64,000 nt of DNA from assembly GCF_001194135.2 (NCBI RefSeq), contig NC_069000.1:44625833-44689832 (forward strand), written 5' to 3'. Position 1 is the first letter of the stretch; the number at the start of each line of letters is the position of its first letter. Of this stretch, positions 52,600 to 64,000 are shown in pieces. The position numbers were made by a program, and so were the translations under genes. This stretch comes from Octopus bimaculoides. Its lineage: Eukaryota. Under the pieces are notes generated by a model that did not search any database, was not told the origin of the DNA, and saw only the letters and a list, made by a program, of their open reading frames with translations.

Positions 52600-53223
52600 C
52601 TTTATAATCACATCTCGGTCCATAATAGCTTAATTGACAACCCCCAGTGCAGTAACCACTGTAAGGGTAACAGTATCCATGGAGACAGTGACCACATTTT
52701 CGGCAGATCTTGCCATATCTGTAATATCCTGCATCACAACCAGCATAACCATAACCGGGACCATATCCATAACCTTGACCATAACGAAGTCCATAACCAC
52801 CAAAGCCATAGCCATGTCCATAACCGTGACCAAGATGACGACTGTAGCGGCGGCCAGGACGACCATAATGGTGGCCAGGATGACCGTAGGGGTAACCACC
52901 TCTGGAACGATAACCATGACCATGAAGGAAACCTTGGTGGTAACCATAAACATGACGACGACCATAACCATAACCACCACCGTGACGATAACCATGACGA
53001 TGACCATGACGATGACCATGACGATGACCATGACGATGACCATGACGATGACCAGGACGATGACCAGGACGATGACCATGACGATGACCAGGACGATGAC
53101 CAGGACGATAACCATGACGATGACCATGATGATGACCATGACGATGACCATGACGATGACCATGACGATGACCATGACGATGACCATGACGATGAACATT
53201 ACTGTAGCCGTGGCCATAGGATC
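52600..53223 (-). CDS. His/Arg/Gly-rich (HRHG)n exon plus GYG-rich segment and one EGF-like module
   Basis: 624 nt, ttatttacag|GA ... AAAG|GTAAAT, phase 1-1; 18 four-residue HRHG-type units at 53194-52979; ends GCDAGYYRYGKICRKCGHCLHGYCYPYSGYCTGGCQLSYYGPRCDYK. Confidence 0.9.
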
Positions 53224-53371
53224 CTGTAAATAATTGCAAACAAATTAATTAGATTTCATTAACAAAAACACTGTCATTTCTTTACTACATAGCCATATAT
53301 ATATGTGTGTGTGTTATATTATGCTTGTATACATAGACATATTTAATCTATTATTATCATTGTCATTATCA

Positions 53372-53411
<40 letters not shown>

Positions 53412-54189
53412 TATTATTATTTTTATCATTATTATTATTGTTGTTGTTGTTGTTGTTGCTGTGAGTAATTACAAACAAAGTCATAATTAAAAAAAGTGCT
53501 GAGTGCTCTCAATATATATTGTACATTAAATATTTATTTCCTTCATTGATATCAGTGCCTGGGATATTAGGATTTTCAATATTCACAGTAACCAAACTAA
53601 CTGAACCTACAAACTCTTGGATTTTCATGTTACATATTAAAGTTGTAGTACTTCCATAACAATGGTATCAAGGAATTTCACTACAGAGATTTCTCCAGAG
53701 ATCTAGCGAATATTTTATACTCTGTCTGCAACTCACCATTAGCTCTGTCGTTCTGTTTTTATTTGTATTATTATTTATAACTTTATATTTCTCATTCAAA
53801 CATAAACTTCAATGTTTTGGATTATTATTGTATAAACTGGCTCTGTTCAAGACGGGCCATATATATGAGCACTTCCAAGCACTATTGCAAAGAATACAAC
53901 TACATCGCTCTCATAGAATATTATGCAAAAGGAAATTATGGGCAAATCTACCAACATTGTATGGTCTATCTTAGGAAGAGCCATCCCATAAAATGAAATA
54001 ATTTAAAACAGTGCAATTATATTGTAAATTTTATATTATATGACAAACTTGTATTACAATAAAATGTTTTATTATAAAACTGGTGTTAAAAAATACAAAC
54101 TTGTATTGTATTAATATATTATATATTTAAACTTGTAATAATAATGTTATGTGGAAAATAAATAAGATTTCCCAATGATTATAACTTAC

Positions 54190-54237
54190 CTCCCACGGCA
54201 TAACCACTCCTGCCATATTCGTGTCTAGCGGATCGAA
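54190..54237 (-). CDS. 48-nt linker micro-exon (RSARHEYGRSGYAVG)
   Basis: Acceptor atatttccag|TT, donor GGAG|GTAAGT; 48 nt, phase 1-1; Gly/Tyr/His composition matches the downstream exon. Confidence 0.7.
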
Positions 54238-54370
54238 CTGGAAATATTTTGGTATCAAAATTAATGTTATTGTCACAAATTTGTCTTTTAGATGTTTAAT
54301 GTTGCTGTTTTTCTTCTTTTTTTCTTTTTCAGTATTAGAATATTTATGGAGAACTTTAAACAAATCGTTT

Positions 54371-54483
<113 letters not shown>

Positions 54484-55262
54484 CCTCATTGCCATCATTG
54501 CTCTAATGCTCATTTTCCCGTGCTCTCATGGGTCGTATGGAATTTATTGAGACAGAGCTTTTTTACAGCAGGATGCCCTTCCTGTCACCAACCCTCACTT
54601 ATTTTTCAAGCAAGGTAACATTTCTTCCATGACCAGAGATGCTTTTACAGAATGTAAAGAGGCATAACGAGATACTGCTACTGCTAATTTGCTTTCCTTT
54701 GTATAATATTAATAATGGCTTCTGAGCTTAACTGATTGGAAGTGTTATCATGTTCATTGTTCTGTCTTGGTATAAAAGATGGGATACAGCAAATATTCTA
54801 CTCAATACAACAGATTTGCTTGTCAGTTGCTTGGATTTAACCAGTTGAGCATGGCCCTTGGTGGCTGACGATATGTGCATCTCTGATCACGAGTAGAAGT
54901 AGTGGGGGAGCATCGTAGCCATGTGTTGAGAGGAATTCTTTGGGGTTTGGATAATTCACCTTTGGAAAGATGGGTGTTTTGCTCAACATCCTTAAACAAC
55001 TCTTATTAAGGGACCTTTTGAGTGTGATGGGCTAATCGACCTGAAGAAAATTCTAACTGGGGTCCACCTGCAAGGTCATGCGCTGTTTATCTTGATCCCA
55101 GTATGCAACTGGTACTAATTTATCGACCCCCGATAGGATGAAAGGCAAAGTCGACCTCGGCAGAATTTGAACTCTGAATGTAAAGACAGATGAAATACCG
55201 CTAAGCATATCGCCCAGCATGCTAATGTTTCTGCCAGCTCGCTGCCTTAATAATAATAATAA

Positions 55263-55345
55263 TAGAATGTCCAACTTGCTGCTCTTTGAGGTCTCTGGGT
55301 GAGACGTAGAACAACTCATAAAACGAAGCAATGATAATGTAAATA
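55263..55345 (+). mobile_element. Short 3'-UTR fragment of R4/Dong-like element
   Basis: gaggtctctgggtgagac is shared with the 3' UTR of the 60038-60855 element; follows an (AAT)n tract. Confidence 0.5.
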
Positions 55346-55844
55346 ATAACACCATCATCATCATCATCATCATCATGTAGCATCTATTGTTCATGCTAGC
55401 ATGGGTTGGACAATTTGACCAGAGCTGGCAAGCTGAAGAGCTGCACCAGGCTGTGATTGTCCGTTTTGGGATGGTTTCTACGGCTGGATACCCTTCCTAA
55501 TGCCAACCACTTTACAGTCGGGTGCTTCTGTGTGGACTGGCACATAATAATATTACTCATAGTGATAATAAAAATAATAATAAGTCTTTCTATTATAGGC
55601 ACATGGTCTTAAATTTTGGTGGGAGGGGCTAGTCGATTACATCAACCCCAGTGTTTGACTGGACTGGACTGGTACTTATTTCATTGAAAGGGTGAAAGGC
55701 AACGTTGACCTTAGCAGAATTTGACTCAGAATGTACAGATGGTCAAAACATTGCTAAGCATTTTGTCTGGTAACAATTCTGCTAGCTTGCCACTTTACTG
55801 ATAATAATAATAATATTAATAATAATAATAACAACAACAACACC

Positions 55845-55905
<61 letters not shown>

Positions 55906-56222
55906 CCAATAATTCTTTCATTTGTCACAGTAACACCAGATGAGTGGGAGCACAAGGCCAGCAGTTTTAATGGGGAGAATTTAGAAAATACTATCGTTCC
56001 CAGTATTAGACTGGTATTTATTTCATCAAACCCAGGGAGATGAAAGATAGAGCTAACTTTAGCAGGATTTGATCTCAGAATGTCAAAAGTGAGAACAAAT
56101 ACTGCAAAACATTGTTTTCTCTTACTTAACTCCTCTGCTAATCCACTACATTTATACTAATAATATTGTTACTAATACTAAGAATAATTATGACGATGGA
56201 AACACGAGAATTCTTCACTCAC

Positions 56223-56408
56223 CTGATCGATGACACTTTTGTCCGTGCCACCCAGGTTCACAACCTCTTATACAATCACCAGTTTGTCTGTCACATGGTT
56301 GTCCATTTTTACATTGACCACATTTTCTAATTCCTTTCTGATAGATATAATATCCAAGTGGACATGTCGTTATGGGATAACGAACCTCAGGCTTTACCAC
56401 TTTATTTA
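56223..56408 (-). CDS. EGF-like exon d (7 Cys)
   Basis: 186 nt, phase 1-1, donor TCAG|GTGAGT; matches track ORF VKPEVRYPITTCPLGYYIYQKGIRKCGQCKNGQPCDRQTGDCIRGCEPGWHGQKCHRS. Confidence 0.85.
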
Positions 56409-57137
56409 CTGTAAATAATGATTAATTATATTTGTGTCAGTAAAGAAATTTTAAAAGTAAGATATCAAAAATTATTCTCCTTAATTTTTCACGTCTGTCT
56501 TGTTTTTTTTTTCTTTTGTTTGTTTTTCTTGTTTTACCATTTTCTCGTAGGTTAAATGACTATATTATTAAGGCTTTGTTTTACAGCCAGATGCCTTTCC
56601 TGTAGCTAACCCATACAGAAGGAAAGCTGCTAAGCATTTTGTATGAGGCATTAATGATTCTACCAGCTCACTACCTCAATCATGGGTACAATGCCCTAAC
56701 AGCTAGGTTTCATGGCTTAGTGGGTAGGGTATTGCACCCATGATCAGAAGACCATGGTTTCAAATCCAAGATTGGCTGCATGAAAAACACTTCATTTCAC
56801 ATTACTCCAGTCCACTCAGCTGAAAAGGGTAACCTTGTGAGATTAGCTTACAAGGGTGAGACACTGACTCAGGAAAATCACTTGAACAGAGGTCACGTGG
56901 GCCACATTTTGTATCCAGCAATCAGTAACTTGAACAGTACAACTCATACAGTGACTCGTGACTTGTTGTGATTGGTTATCCAACCACTTCAAAGGATTGT
57001 CATCATATTTTATTGATCCAAATGGCTGAAAGACAAAGTTCACCTCAGCAGTATTTGAACCCAGGACATGAAGAGTGAGAAGAAATATTGCAAAGCATTT
57101 TGTTCAAAGTACAAGGATTAAAGAATTCGGCACTCAC

Positions 57138-57323
57138 CTCTTTGCTGACATCTTTGTCCATACCATCCTGTTGCACAACCTCTTATACAATAACCCGTTT
57201 GTTTGTCACATGGTTCTCTGTTTTCACATTGACCACACTTTTTAATTCCTTTGCGGAAGATATAATAGCCAAGTGGACATGTCCTTACATGATAACGAGG
57301 CTCAGGTTTTACAACTTTAGTTA
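57138..57323 (-). CDS. EGF-like exon b' (near-identical duplicate of 59770-59955; 7 Cys)
   Basis: 186 nt, phase 1-1, donor GTGAGT; ...CPLGYYIFRKGIKKCGQCENREPCDKQTGYCIRGCATGWYGQRCQQR. Confidence 0.85.
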
Positions 57324-57367
57324 CTGTAAATAATAATTATATTTGTGTCAGGAAATAAATTTTAGAA

Positions 57368-57405
<38 letters not shown>

Positions 57406-57419
57406 TTAAATTTAAATTG

Positions 57420-57640
57420 ACATGAGAGAAGAACAAGCCTCAAAAACTGCTCTGCTGGGGACAGCTAGGATTTTGAGATTGGTAACTTGGATATTGAATG
57501 TCTCCCACGATAATTAAGAACCAAGTATCAAAGCTTATGATGTGAGGAAAGAGACCCTGTGAGACCTCTGACAGCAGGTTGCTGTCCGCTCTCACTGAAT
57601 CTACCAGAACAAACAAGATTGAGCACTCTGAGCAGTAAAA
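57420..57640 (+). mobile_element. R4/Dong-like retroposon extreme 3' fragment
   Basis: EQASKTALLGTARILRL followed by a 3' UTR; AAT repeats on both flanks. Confidence 0.65.
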
Positions 57641-57709
57641 CAATAATAATGATAATTGTAACAATATTATCATACCAGCATGAAAAACAGATGCTAAATG
57701 ATTGATCAT

Positions 57710-57990
57710 CATCATCATCATCATCGTTGTTTAACGTCTGCTTTCTATGCTGGCATGGGTTGGACGGTTTGACTGAGGGCTGGCAAGCCAGGAGGCTGCA
57801 CCAAGCTCCAATCTGATCTGGCAAAGTTTCTACAGCTGGATGCCCTTCCTAACGCCAACCACTCCGAGAGTGTAGTGGGTGCTTTTTACGTGCCACTGGC
57901 ACAAGGACAAGTCAGGCGGTACTGGCATCAACCACACTTGAATGGTGTTTTTTATGTCCCACTGGCATGGGAGCCAGTCAAGTAGCACTG
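57710..57990 (-). mobile_element. SINE-like repeat with (GAT)n RTE-type tail
   Basis: catcatcatcgtttaacgtc...ccatgctggcatgggttggacgg...ctacagctggatgcccttcctaacgccaaccactccgagag; copies at 18040-18390, 19790-19975, 27500-27800, 28710-28885, 32860-33150, 46690-46865, 63230-63620. Confidence 0.75.
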
Positions 57991-58470
57991 GCAACGACGA
58001 TGATGAATAATGATAATAATAATAATAATAATTTCTTTATTCATTCATAATAATAATGTAAATCCTTTCTACCACTGGGACAAAGCATGAAATTTTGTGG
58101 GAAGAGTCTAGTTGATTACACCAACCCCAGTATGCAACTGGTACTTATTTCATCAACCTTGAAAGAACAGGCAAAGCTGACCCTAGCAGAATTTGAACTC
58201 AGGACACAAAGACAGATGAAATACTATTGCGAACTGTGTCCAGCATGCTGACAATTCTGCCAGTGTGTTACTTTCAATGTTTCTTTTGCATAAAAACCAA
58301 ACATTAACTAAAACCTAGCATATGACTGGTATATAATAATTTGCACTGTGAAAGTAAATGGCTTTAGAGAATAAACTAAAAAGATATGGACAACAAAGAA
58401 AATACTGCATCATTGCTGCTCATTCTCTGCCCTTAAGAACACGAATAGTGCTAATGATTTTCGCATTTAC

Positions 58471-58644
58471 CTCTTTGGTGACACTTTCGTCCATACCATC
58501 CAGGTTCACAACCTCTTGGACAATAACCAGTCTGTCTGTCACATGGTTCTTTATTTCTACATTGGCCACATGTTCTACAGCCTTTGTGGTAGACATATTC
58601 CCCAAGTGGACATGTTGTTACAGGATAACGAGTCTCAGATTTTA
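58471..58644 (-). CDS. EGF-like exon c (8 Cys)
   Basis: 174 nt, acceptor tttacatag|, donor AGAG|GTAAAT; KSETRYPVTTCPLGEYVYHKGCRTCGQCRNKEPCDRQTGYCPRGCEPGWYGRKCHQR. Confidence 0.82.
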
Positions 58645-59769
58645 CTATGTAAATAAATAAATAATTAAATGAATGAATTCATTAATAAGTAATTATATTT
58701 GTGTCAGAGAAGAAACTTGTAGAAATTAAATGCCAAACATGATGACAGTGAAATATTTGAGATAAATTAAGGTTTTTCACTTTCAAACATTGATAAAAAT
58801 CTTTTTATGGATGTTATAATGTATAAATTCACTCTAGTGTATAACTGGTACTTATTTTTTTCCATGGTGGGTATATTAAAGACAAAATCGACCTCTCTAA
58901 GTTATAAACACAGAATATAAGATGAAAGGAACATAACTATGGAAGCTGTTTAGTGAGTCCCTTGGTGGTTTTATGTAAAAGTTAACTCTGGTAGGGCTTG
59001 ACCCTAGAGCATTTATCAGCATAAATAAAATTTTTATCTATTTTTCTATCATTGCTGTCAAACTCTATACTAATAATGATTCTATGCTGTGGCATCAGAA
59101 TGAAAACATTGAGAGGGAGAGAAAGAGGAAGAGGGAGGAGAAAAGAGGGAAAGAGGAGAAGAGAGAGCAAAGAGGAAGAGGGAAGAGAAAAGAGGGAGAG
59201 AGGGAGAAGGAAAGACTTTGTTGCATGAAAAAATCTCAGGACTTGACTAATTATTTTATGTCCTGCAATGATGAAGTATGTGTGTTTAAGCAGGATTTGA
59301 ACTCGGATTGTAAAATGACATAAACCTCAATAACAATCTCCTTTCAGAACAATGTGTGTTGCTATCACAATTGATTCAGTGCTGTAGGAGGACTTTCAGT
59401 CACTGGTGTTTCATCATCATTCTGTCCCCTCAGTAAAATCTACCTTCAGAACTCTGAATCTAAACAAAATTGGTTGTTCTTGTTTACAGAATTCAGCAAA
59501 CAAATGATTTATTGATGAGCACTGATGTCTGCCAAATCATTAATAAATCCTCTTCAACATGTAAGACAGACAAGAAGAAAAACAGTGATGTACATATTTC
59601 CATTCATAATATTCTATAATAGCCAAATATTTTATTATGATCAATGAGAGCTTCAAACATCATTTAAATGTCAACTCCCTGCTCTTAAGATACTCAATCT
59701 GGGAATTTACCATTATATTTTCCCACTGCTCCTAGCAACAATTACAGAACTAAAGAACTGTACACTCAC

Positions 59770-59955
59770 CTCTTTGCTGACATCTTTGTCCATACCATCC
59801 TGTTGCACAACCTCTTATACAATAACCAGTTTGTTTGACACATGGTTCTCTGTTTTTGCATTGACCACACTTTTTAATTCCTTTGCGGAAGATATAATAG
59901 CCAAGTGGACATGTCCTTACATGATAACGAGGCTCAGGTTTTACAACTTTAGTTA
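59770..59955 (-). CDS. EGF-like exon b (7 Cys)
   Basis: 186 nt, phase 1-1, donor AGAG|GTGAGT; TKVVKPEPRYHVRTCPLGYYIFRKGIKKCGQCKNREPCVKQTGYCIRGCATGWYGQRCQQR. Confidence 0.85.
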
Positions 59956-60037
59956 CTGTAAATAATAATTATATTTGTGTCAGAAAAAGTATTCTAGAAT
60001 AATGCATGCTATTATTATTATTATTATTATTATTATT

Positions 60038-60853
60038 TTATGTTTGACTTTTGTTTTGCATTTGTACAAGTTGGATCCAAGTCTCACCCAGAGACCTCAA
60101 GAGACAACAAGTTAGAAGTTCATGTAGGTGTTATGCCTAGGGTACCATATATTTGGATTTGTACAGTTTTGTTCAAGTGAATGTTTAAGAAACCATAAGA
60201 AAATTATGTGTTTGCTTTAAAATTTGAGATCACGTAGACAGTATTTTACGTAGGATATGGGCAGTTCCCATGAGCACTATCTTTTGAACTTCAGCCATTT
60301 TGGGGTTTCCTGGTATCTGAGCTAGGTAGTAATCAGCCCGTTTCACTGTCATTCCCAGGGCACCTATGACAATAGGTATTGTTTNNNNNNNNNNNNNNNN
60401 NNNNNNNNNNNNNNNNNNNNNNNNNNNNNNNNNNNNNNNNNNNNNNNNNNNNNNNNNNNNNNNNNNNNNNNNNNNNNNNNNNNNNNNNNNNNNNNNNNNN
60501 NNNNNNNNNNNNNNNNNNNNNNNNNNNNNNNNNNNNNNNNNNNNNNNNNNNNNNNNNNNNNNNNNNNNNNNNNNNNNNNNNNNNNNNNNNNNNNCCAGTG
60601 AATATATTGTGCAGCTCTATCATGCCTGTTGAGATACTCTGTAGGCGCAAGCAGACTGCACATGGAGACAACATGATCGATGGTCTCATTTTGTTGTTGG
60701 CATATACGACATAATGGGGAGCTGCTGTTCTTTAATATGTTGGCCTGGTAGTTCTTTGTAGGTAGGCATTGATCTTGGGCTGCTATGATAAACCCCTCTG
60801 TTTCTGATTTCAAGCCAGAGGCCATTAACCATTGGTGGTTAAGGGCTTTGTCA

Positions 60854-60855
<2 letters not shown>
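60038..60855 (-). mobile_element. 5'-truncated R4/Dong-like (RLE) non-LTR retrotransposon
   Basis: GLKSETEGFIIAAQDQ, zinc knuckle CRIC...ETIDHVVSMC, RHD motif; after the N-gap TIPIVIGALG...QKIVLMGTAHILRKILST*; (TAA)n on both flanks. Confidence 0.85.
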
Positions 60856-60916
<61 letters not shown>

Positions 60917-61858
60917 CTTTCAATTTTGCTTTCATTTCTTACCTAGTGTCTTCCCAACACCTAGGGCAAAGAAACTCATTGTATACACTGGTAGGCCATC
61001 AAGATAAACATACCAGATTGTTCGTTTACAAAGTCATGTGATAGAAAAACTAGGGGAAGAAAGACAGAGAAAAAGGAAAGACGGAAAAAAGAAAAACTGG
61101 TACTTTATTTCATCAATCCTGAAAGGATGAAAGGCAAAGTTGACTTCAGTGGAATTTGAACTCAGAACGTAAAGACAGACAATATGCTGCTAAAACTTTC
61201 TGGTTTTGGCACAAGGCAAACAATTTTGAGGGAATGGGTATATTGATTACAGCAACCTCAATGGTCAACTGATACTTTATTTTATTGACCTCGAAAAAAT
61301 GAAAGGCAAAATTAACCTTGGCAGGATTTGAACTCAGAACATGAAGAGCCAGAAGAAATATTGCTGAGCATTTTGTTTGAGGCTTTAATGATTCTGCCAA
61401 ATCACTGCCTTATATTTGCATAAAGTCACATACATTCATAAAACATGAAGAAATAGTAGTTTGTAATGACCCACACTATATAACTGGTACGTAATTAATA
61501 GAATCTCAGTTCCTTAACAAAGACATAAACTGTTGGGGTTCTAGTGCAACCAGTCACTGAATGATGACGGGGATATCATGAGAGGGACCTGTCTCTCATG
61601 TCAGTTTGTAGCATCTATTTTTCCAGCATCTGTTACTGAAGAGGAGACAACCACTCTGAAATGCATGCATTCAACAGTCCGAGTAGCAGGCATTGTGGAC
61701 TGACTCAGAGTATTTACGTCTATTTGTCAACAGCAAGAAATTTTCTCCATCACAAAATACAGTGAATAGCTTTTTAACGGACTTGAATATGCCTTGTGTA
61801 TCCTTCTCTCCCTGTTCTTAATACCAACGATTATAGAACTGGATACATTTGTTCTCAC

Positions 61859-62029
61859 CTCTTTGCTGACATTTTCGTCCATACCATCCTGGTTCGCAAC
61901 CCCAGATACATTCGCCAGTCAACGTATCACACGGATCTCTGCTTTTACACTGACCACAACTTCTACATCCTGAGTCAGAGGCATATTTCCCAGGTGGACA
62001 ACTTATACTAGATTCTAGTACTTCATTTA
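61859..62029 (-). CDS. EGF-like exon a' (near-identical duplicate of 63754-63942)
   Basis: 171 nt, phase 1-1, AG/GT boundaries; 18 nt shorter than exon a, in frame; SCPPGKYASDSGCRSCGQCKSRDPCDTLTGECIWGCEPGWYGRKCQQR. Confidence 0.85.
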
Positions 62030-63753
62030 CTGTAAATAATTAATTAACTAATAGATTAATTCATTAATAATTTGTGTCAGGAAACAAAATCTGCAAATTA
62101 AATATCAAAACTGGCACCACATAAAAAACAGCCATGCTGGTGCCATATCAAAAGTATCTGTGATACTCTCACTGGTGCCAACATAAAAAGCAGCCAGTAC
62201 AGTCTGTAAAGTGGTTGGCATTATGAAGGGCATCCAGCTGCAGAAACCATGTCTAAACAGACAATTGGAACCTGGTGCCGCTCTCCAGCTGGCTAGCTCT
62301 GGTCAAACTCTCCTACACATGCCAGCACGGAAACTGGATGTTAAAGGATGAGGATGACTGGAGCTGAATTTTTCAACTAACTAGACATTTCTACTTGTTC
62401 TTTAGTCATTACATGTGTCCTCTAAACCCTTTCACATCTTTAACCATCCCTCAATCACTCTCCCTAAACATTCTTGTAACCTCTTCCTCCAGTTCCTCTG
62501 TTCCCAATAGCTTGTAGTTCCCTTTTTTTTACCTTGAGGATTCACCCTGATTCCCATTTTATCTCTCTTTCCAGCCCCACCTCAGTTACTTCCGCCAACT
62601 CTTATATAATGTGAGTAGCAATGTATTTCCCCTACAGTTGGAAACTTGTTTTGACCCCTTCTTTCATACTTTAACCTCTCATCCCTTAACACGAAGCTAC
62701 CTATCTTTCTACTGTAGCATCACTGAATCAAAAAGGAGCCTTGATCTTGAGAGGTGCATGGTGACCTCACTAGTGCGGGTGCAACATAAAAACAAAAAAA
62801 CAAACCACCCAGAATACTCAGTTAAGTGGTTGGCATAAGGAAGAGCACCCAGCCATAGAAACCATGCCAAAGCCAACGCTAGAGTACAATGCAATTCTTG
62901 GATCTGTTTCATCTTGCCAGACCATCCGACCCATGCCAGCATGGAAAAAGGATGTTAAATGATGATGATGATGGACAATTTGCTTCTTTCAGTTTCCAGC
63001 TACCAAATCCATTCGCAAGGCCTTTGATAAAAGACCTTTTCTCAAGGTGCTGTGTCGTGGGACTGAACCTGAAACCTTACGTTTGGGAAGTAAACTTCTT
63101 AACCATGCATCTGTGCTAGAGACAGTTATAGCAAATTTAATTGGTAGGAGAACTAATTTGTGTAACAGTTTAACTGTTTGCTTGGATGTCAGATTCATGA
63201 TGTTCTGTTCTTAGTAGACCATCATCATCATCATCATCATCATCACTTAACATCCATTGTCCATGCTGGCATGGGTTGGATGGTTTGACCAGGGCTGGTA
63301 AGCTGGAGGGCTGCACCAAACTCCAGTCTGATTTGGCATGGTTTTCTTTGGCTGGATGTCCTTCTAAACACCAACCACTCTTAGAGTGTAATGGGTGCTT
63401 TTACGTGCCACCAGCACAGGTGCCATTTGCATGACACCAGTATCTGCCATGACTGAACTTGCTCGGCTTGTGGGTCTTCTTCTCAAGCACGACATTATGC
63501 CAAAGGTCTCCGTCATTGCCTCTGTGAGGCCCAACACTCAAAAGGAACTCAACCACTTGGCCTCCATGAAGCTCAACACTCGAAAGGTGCTTTTTACGTG
63601 CCACCAGCATCGGTGCCATTTACATGACTCCAACATTATCCACAACTATTTCTAATTAATTAAGCAAAGCAGCCAATGAGGAACTTTTCCATTGTATCCT
63701 TCACCTCTGCATTTAACACCATTAATAACAGAACAAGAGATGTTTGTCCTCAC

Positions 63754-63942
63754 CTTTTTGCTGACACTTTCGTCCATACCATCCTGGTTCGCAACCCCAG
63801 ATACATTCGCCAGTCAACGTATCACACGGGTCTCTGCTTTTACACAGACCACAACTTCTACATCCTGAATCAGAGGCATATTTCCCAGGTGGACAACTTA
63901 TACGAGGGCGAATCTCAGGAGCAGGTTCTAATACTTCATTTA
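63754..63942 (-). CDS. EGF-like/His-Gly gene, EGF-like exon a (8 Cys)
   Basis: ttatttacag| ... AAAG|GTGAGG; 189 nt, phase 1-1; NEVLEPAPEIRPRISCPPGKYASDSGCRSCGLCKSRDPCDTLTGECIWGCEPGWYGRKCQQK. Confidence 0.85.
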
Positions 63943-64000
63943 CTGTAAATAAATAAATAGATAAGGGAATTAATTAATTAACCGATTAACTAATTAATTA

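Noticed and set aside
52585-53233. Plus-strand Asp/His-rich and (MT)n ORFs, and the minus (VIVM)n frame; likewise 49598-50131
   Set aside because: Alternative-frame shadows of the coding minisatellites; only the HRHG/RRFGHG frame has matching splice sites and continues into the EGF module

Overview
AT-rich, microsatellite- and SINE-dense animal genomic scaffold with about ten N-gaps. The repeat families look like those of octopus/coleoid cephalopods (inference, not checked against a database). Three protein-coding loci lie on the minus strand. (1) A three-exon gene (25140-23226, 15451-14543, 13114-11613; 1441 aa by my splice model) with an N-terminal ubiquitin-like domain, three separate arrays of 23-aa STPR-type repeats (4+3+2), and a C-terminal CxxC...WxCxxC motif, possibly a domesticated Helitron N-terminus. 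(2) A YIPF5-like (Yip1 domain) gene with an intronless CDS (32215-31466). (3) A 5'-incomplete gene of at least 13 phase-1/phase-1 exons (63942-45843) encoding 12 Cys-rich EGF/laminin-EGF-like modules interleaved with His/Gly/Arg/Tyr-rich tandem repeats and no transmembrane helix, a candidate secreted structural or matrix protein. The rest is tRNA-derived SINEs, TA- and TTAA-flanked MITEs, decayed Tc1/pogo/ITm transposase fragments, R4/Dong-like retroposon 3' ends sitting in (TAA)n tracts, an RTE endonuclease relic, and decayed Penelope-type hammerhead-like motifs. All domain calls come from manual motif alignment; no searches were run.
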